Positions 60,301 to 64,000 of a DNA stretch of 64,000 bases are shown here, piece by piece (position 1 is the stretch's first letter; every line of letters starts with the position of its first letter). The notes beneath the pieces are model-generated. The model saw nothing but the letters and a program-made list of their open reading frames with translations. It did no database searches and was not told where the DNA came from. The stretch is from Promethearchaeota archaeon (GTDB lineage: Archaea > Asgardarchaeota > Thorarchaeia > Thorarchaeales > Thorarchaeaceae), in contig JBHLPF010000008.1 of assembly GCA_048939765.1 (NCBI GenBank), forward strand, positions 23,760 to 87,759. The letters are read 5' to 3'. A program made the translations under genes and the position numbers.

Positions 60301-60460
60301 TCCAATAATTCAGCAAGGATGATTTTCCAATTCCACCAATGCCTTTCAGGTGGAGGACCACACTCTCCTTCATGCATCTCGCAAGGGCATCATTCATCCA
60401 TTCGATATGTTCCTCTCTGTCCACGAATACATCCTCGGATGACTCGTAGTGTTTATACAC
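57332..60460 (-). CDS. STAND-like P-loop NTPase + TPR protein
   Basis: GIGGIGKS, LFLFDHFE, SGGNP, LHEL, TPR repeats. Confidence 0.85.
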   Translation of the reverse strand: MYKHYESSEDVFVDREEHIEWMNDALARCMKESVVLHLKGIGGIGKSSLLNYWINTHEKSIRLDCYQYSDFFQRLNILAKGAVLQGVKLQRFDILWQIRQRFVEGVEPVREEGRAWAKEVVMAIPFIGSLASIGSAITAVGSKVTPKLKGKYGTVGKWLQEQLGQNHVEMLLEILWKEPRRAEFLYLSAFLEDINTRDNSSSPLLFLFDHFEHVDDENTLWKYKKSRINESELWTIFLSNLSNCVGVLASRKSAAKVKPVEVEETELLELNRESCIEMLEFQDVTDERLQERIVSVSGGNPFVIDAICDMINTSDVSVSDIESLRADNLAEVRLKVWRRLFSHAAGLSSFINRAGIVPHFDDRIMGIVAPEMTPDIWDRLKRLSFVRERDDKTWVLHELAEDLVIAELGEKLSSLAFQVGKFLEDAGWAEADHELLGLAMSVYALADEIDTEIRIDNTVNSLLFQWDVSDTMKFLRAIETTSEVVLIKKISWIGYVYSCIYRHAEAEDEIRKALGMAKELAQRGPPESALHLGMMHWFHARFYQNADQMYKSEESFQKALEILNNLNLADDKKRYVKEHWIHGTYNDMGNLLLSLYRLKEAEDSIRRAIELAELHSNDIHYTSNTQEGKSFVYYSQSFLAQVLLMSGKYLEAEKLLIEILEACEEKVVEDLALDRLAMALSLQHRYEDELEAGKKRFNVIEGLAWKDSEHDSTIIMNIRLLPVPYMKNGQYKKAEKIFNEIIPAFRKLYEEKTSISGILSNSLRNFAVFLALSERMHEAESAIHESLSMLVELAETYPEAYTEKLAAVQSNIGVIYSHLGKPTKALESLQEAYNNARDISLKYPEAVSLAEVYGIVANNLGAFYLRTSQLEDAEMVFNEASAMLNERASLSPEMFLPHIATTLMNTGVLLSETNRMSEAESQFKEALKIRRDYVGKAEKFFLPRVASALNNLGIYYRRTGKADDSEKAHTEALSIIESFAQAAPRVHRSQLILILGNLRVLYSTIEDSSGVERVDAKLRELGIRDPATEETWSENMEYLQGY

Positions 60461-60547
60461 ACTCCTGACCTCTCACACGCAATGTGCTGCATTAGCTGAG
60501 CTTTCTCATAAGCTAGTCGGTCGCTTTTCTTAAGAAGGGATGAATCA

Positions 60548-63500
60548 TTAGAATGCATCCGCCTCTGTATCCTCTTCTTCCATCCACGTTTCCTGTCCAG
60601 CAATAATGCTTGACCCGAGCCCTTCCAGTTTCATTTTGATTGATTCAGCTTTCTCTGCTTCTCCTTGTTGCTCATAGAAAAGCAACAAGTTCGATAGAAT
60701 GATTGTGACATATCGCTGATAGACTGAAGGCACTCTTGCTGCCAAATCCTCCAGGATGCCGAGGGCTTCTTCATAGCATTTCTCAGCTCTCGAGATTTCA
60801 CCAGACAGTTTGTATATATTGCCAAGATTGCTAAGAACGAATCCTAGACGACCATTGTGCATCTCTGGCGATTTCTTGGCTAGTTCTCGTCGTATCTCTA
60901 ATCCTTTCAAAGATACTTCTTGAGCCTCAGGGAGCTTATTTGCAGAAGACAGCAGAACTCCAAGATTATTGAGGGTTGTAGCCATGCTGGTGAGAAAGAC
61001 ACCCGGAGTCTTCTCAGCTAGTTCTTGTCTGACTTCTAGTGCCTCACACAGAGCCTCTTCTGCTTCATCATTCTCATTCATTTTCCTGTGCAAGACACCT
61101 AGATTGTTCAATACAATTCCCAAAAGATGAGAATGGAATATATTCTCAGGATAGTTCTGAGCCAGCTCTCTGCTAATGGCGAGTGCTCTGGAATAGAATT
61201 TGCGAGCTTTAGATTCATTACCCGTTTCTCGGAGAAGGATTGCGTAGTTATTCAATGCCCAAGCAACGTACTTCTCATAAAGATCAGTCCAATCTTTTGA
61301 GAGATACTCATAGTTTTCTAATGCTTCTTCATAATGTTCTTCTGCCTTGGGATACTGACTCATTTCGTAATATAGCACTCCAAAGTCATTGAGAACCATC
61401 GAGAGCCATACTAGATTCAATTCAGGCTCATCGACTACGGTGGCTCTAGCTCTCTCAAGCGCCTCCCCGTAATGAGTTTCAGCCCCAGTGTAATCTCCAA
61501 GGAGTCTCAATACAAGTCCATAATGCCTGAGATAAGTTGCATGCAAGTTTTGGACAAGATGAACCCCCTCTTCACGTTTCGACCACTTCCGTACCAAATC
61601 TAAACCTCTTCGAAACATATGCTGAGCTTCAAAGGGTCTCGAGGTCAGCCTTAGAATGTCTCCTAGGTCGATAAGACTGCTAATCTCATTATATTCTTCA
61701 GTCTTTGTTTCAAGTGTATCCCTATAACAAGCTTCAGCCTCATCCATTCTTCCTAAATGCAAATTGACGTATCCAAGCCTATTCAGATGAGCTACCCGTT
61801 CACGAGTGACTATTCCTGGTTCCATCCCATGCTCCAATAGGTCCAGAGCTTGCTGCAAGAGGTCTGCTGCCTTATTCAATCGATGCAAATGCACCAAGAG
61901 TGAACTATAATGGAAATTTAGAAGAAGCACATAGGGGTTCTTCCTCACAATTGCTGGGTCTATATCTCTGGCAATCTTAAGAGCCCCCTCGTAGACTGCT
62001 TCGGCTTCAGCTGGCCTTCTAAGTTCCTTTAGTAAGTAGCCGTATATTCTGAAGCACATTGCCAGATAGATTCTGTTGCTTTCCGGATCTGATTCTGCCA
62101 GGTCCTCTAGAACATCAATCGCTTCTTTTAACAAATGTTCTGCTTCAGCAACTCTGTCTAAGCAAGCAAGATGATGTGCTTTGATCACGGAGATTATGGT
62201 CCTTTCTCTCAGACCATGAAAATTGATTGAGTCAAGCAACTCAACAGCGGAACGGAATTGACCCCTCCAGCTTTGAGTGTCGGTGATGTTAAGAACCATT
62301 TCTAGGGCAGATCCCGGGGAGTATAGACCTTGTACAGAAATGGAAAGCCCCAGAAGTTTCATGTCATCTTGCTCTTTTGCAGCCTTCTCTAGGAGTTCGG
62401 CGACTTCCTCCGTTTGTATGGGAAAACGATCACCAAGTTCTGCAACCACGAGGTCTCTTGCAAGGTCGTGCATCACATAAGTTTCATCACCTCTGTCCTT
62501 CATGAAACTAAGACTTACCATTCGTGTCCATTGATCAATATTCATGGTTGGAGCAATGGTATTCATCACGTTTCGGTAAAAATATGGGAGCAGGCCAGCA
62601 CGATTCACTAGTTCTTGAAGATCCCGAACCTCACTGAAGAGTTTCCTCCACGTCTTCAAACGGACTTCATCAAGGGTGTCTGAACGCAGACTCTCAACAG
62701 AGGCAAGTGATAACGAACTCGATTCAGCCATGTCGCATAGTGTTCCAATAACAAATGGATTGCCCCCACTCACGCTGACTATTTTTTCTTGAAGATCAGC
62801 ATCTCTCACTCCTCTCAAATCTAGAAGCTCAATGCAGCTCTCTCTCTCAAGTTCGGTTAGTTCTGAATCCTCAATCTTGTGTTCTGGAGGCTCAACTACC
62901 GCCTTTCTACTTGCCATGACTCCGACACAATTGGACAGTGATGACAAGAAGACACACCATAGCTCAGTTTCAGTTATCTGATTCCCGGCATAACGCCAGT
63001 GAGCAGCTTCAGAATCAACATATTCGAAGTGGTCAAAAAGAAAGAGCAGGGGGGAGTCTGGATTCTTCCTGCTGTTCAGATCCTCCAGCAGTGCATCCAT
63101 GAATAGAAACTCCGCATGATGAGGATCCTTCCATAAAATCTCAAGAAGTCGTTCAACATGATTCTTACCGAGAACTTCCTGCAGCCACTTCCCCAAGCTG
63201 CTGTATTTTCCCGTCAGCTTGGGAGTGACTTTTGTACCCACTGCTTTGATAGCGCTACCTATGCTTGCTAGCGACCCAATGAATGGGACTAACGTGACCA
63301 ATTCCTTGGCCCATTCGCGCCCTTCTTCTCTGACTGGTTCAACACCCTCCACGAATCTCTGTCGAATCTGCCAAAGAACATCAAATCTTGGGAGTCCTAT
63401 ACCAAGGAGCACTGCACCCTTTGCCAGTATGTTCAAGCGAGCATAGAACTCTGAGTACTGCTGACAGTCCAACCGAATTGTGGAATCAATATTATTCGTC

Positions 63501-63658
63501 CAGTAATCTAGTAGCGAGCTCTTTCCAATGCCTCCAATGCCGCGTAGGTGAAGCACAACGGGTTTGTCTTTGCAACGCTTGAGCGCACCATCCATCCATT
63601 CAAGATACTCTTCTCTATCTACAAACACCTGTTCAGATGGCTCGAAGTGCTTGTACAC
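60548..63658 (-). CDS. STAND-like P-loop NTPase + TPR protein
   Basis: GIGGIGKS, LFLFDHFE, SGGNP, MHDL, TPR repeats. Confidence 0.85.
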   Translation of the reverse strand: MYKHFEPSEQVFVDREEYLEWMDGALKRCKDKPVVLHLRGIGGIGKSSLLDYWTNNIDSTIRLDCQQYSEFYARLNILAKGAVLLGIGLPRFDVLWQIRQRFVEGVEPVREEGREWAKELVTLVPFIGSLASIGSAIKAVGTKVTPKLTGKYSSLGKWLQEVLGKNHVERLLEILWKDPHHAEFLFMDALLEDLNSRKNPDSPLLFLFDHFEYVDSEAAHWRYAGNQITETELWCVFLSSLSNCVGVMASRKAVVEPPEHKIEDSELTELERESCIELLDLRGVRDADLQEKIVSVSGGNPFVIGTLCDMAESSSLSLASVESLRSDTLDEVRLKTWRKLFSEVRDLQELVNRAGLLPYFYRNVMNTIAPTMNIDQWTRMVSLSFMKDRGDETYVMHDLARDLVVAELGDRFPIQTEEVAELLEKAAKEQDDMKLLGLSISVQGLYSPGSALEMVLNITDTQSWRGQFRSAVELLDSINFHGLRERTIISVIKAHHLACLDRVAEAEHLLKEAIDVLEDLAESDPESNRIYLAMCFRIYGYLLKELRRPAEAEAVYEGALKIARDIDPAIVRKNPYVLLLNFHYSSLLVHLHRLNKAADLLQQALDLLEHGMEPGIVTRERVAHLNRLGYVNLHLGRMDEAEACYRDTLETKTEEYNEISSLIDLGDILRLTSRPFEAQHMFRRGLDLVRKWSKREEGVHLVQNLHATYLRHYGLVLRLLGDYTGAETHYGEALERARATVVDEPELNLVWLSMVLNDFGVLYYEMSQYPKAEEHYEEALENYEYLSKDWTDLYEKYVAWALNNYAILLRETGNESKARKFYSRALAISRELAQNYPENIFHSHLLGIVLNNLGVLHRKMNENDEAEEALCEALEVRQELAEKTPGVFLTSMATTLNNLGVLLSSANKLPEAQEVSLKGLEIRRELAKKSPEMHNGRLGFVLSNLGNIYKLSGEISRAEKCYEEALGILEDLAARVPSVYQRYVTIILSNLLLFYEQQGEAEKAESIKMKLEGLGSSIIAGQETWMEEEDTEADAF

Positions 63659-63791
63659 TCTCCTGACTCCGTGTCACGCGATGACACTGCAGTGGCTGAG
63701 GTCTCTCATAAGCTAGTCGGTCTCTATCTTAATAGAACAAACCCAAGAATTTAACTATGGTTAATGGCGTATTTGGAGCGGAAGTCTACAC

Positions 63792-64000
63792 ATGAGTGAG
63801 CATGTTGAAAACACATTGGATTGCATGGGGGATGAACAACAGAGTTACCGATACATTGAGCTTGCTTCATACATCCTTTTCGGAATAGGCCCACTGGTTG
63901 GAAATGCAGTCCTTACATTGCTGGGTCCGATAGCTGCTCAGTTTCTGGTTGATCCAACAGCTATCCTTGTGGCAATCCCAGCTTTCATGTTTCCATTTGC
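63792..64000 (+). CDS. Partial membrane protein, probably an MFS transporter (runs off the window)
   Basis: Manual translation ..ILFGIGPLVGNAVLTLLGPIAAQF..AIPAFMFPF resembles MFS TM1-2; open to the window end. Confidence 0.55.
   Translation, partial: MSEHVENTLDCMGDEQQSYRYIELASYILFGIGPLVGNAVLTLLGPIAAQFLVDPTAILVAIPAFMFPF

Noticed and set aside
54119-63658. Diversity-generating retroelement or mobile element behind the TPR array variation
   Set aside because: No reverse transcriptase, template/variable repeat pair, integrase or transposase is visible in the window

Overview
Gene-dense archaeal chromosomal segment. It shows GGAG(G/T)G-type Shine-Dalgarno sites, many TTG/GTG starts, CofE, a tungsten-type AOR, single-OB SSBs, a double-HTH AsnC regulator and an LRR protein. 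This mix best fits an Asgard archaeon, probably Thorarchaeia-like; the taxonomy is inference. No rRNA, tRNA, CRISPR array, integrase or transposase was found. Most genes are metabolic, transport or repair genes (ade, cofE, ArsR plus P1B ATPase, ABC pair, sfsA-dinB, eutA, abfD, AOR cluster). Main observations: (1) a tandem array of three ~1040-aa STAND/NB-ARC-like ATPase-TPR (NLR-like) proteins with conserved NTPase modules, divergent central repeat regions and no N-terminal effector; (2) two SSB paralogues with RGG tails, each behind a ~115-130-nt leader that folds into a similar long-range stem; (3) two GAAC-N7-GAAC boxes upstream of dinB; (4) a PadR-led FixC/FixX + two VAO-type flavoproteins + CCG Fe-S protein + SCP2 operon with tandem operator palindromes; (5) a coupled pair of Zn-ribbon/B-box membrane proteins, divergent from an unannotated 56-aa Cys-rich tail-anchored protein; (6) a PAS histidine kinase with a C-terminal CxxC thioredoxin-like domain; (7) several probable CTG/ATT starts. 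All family calls come from motif recognition by eye, without database searches.
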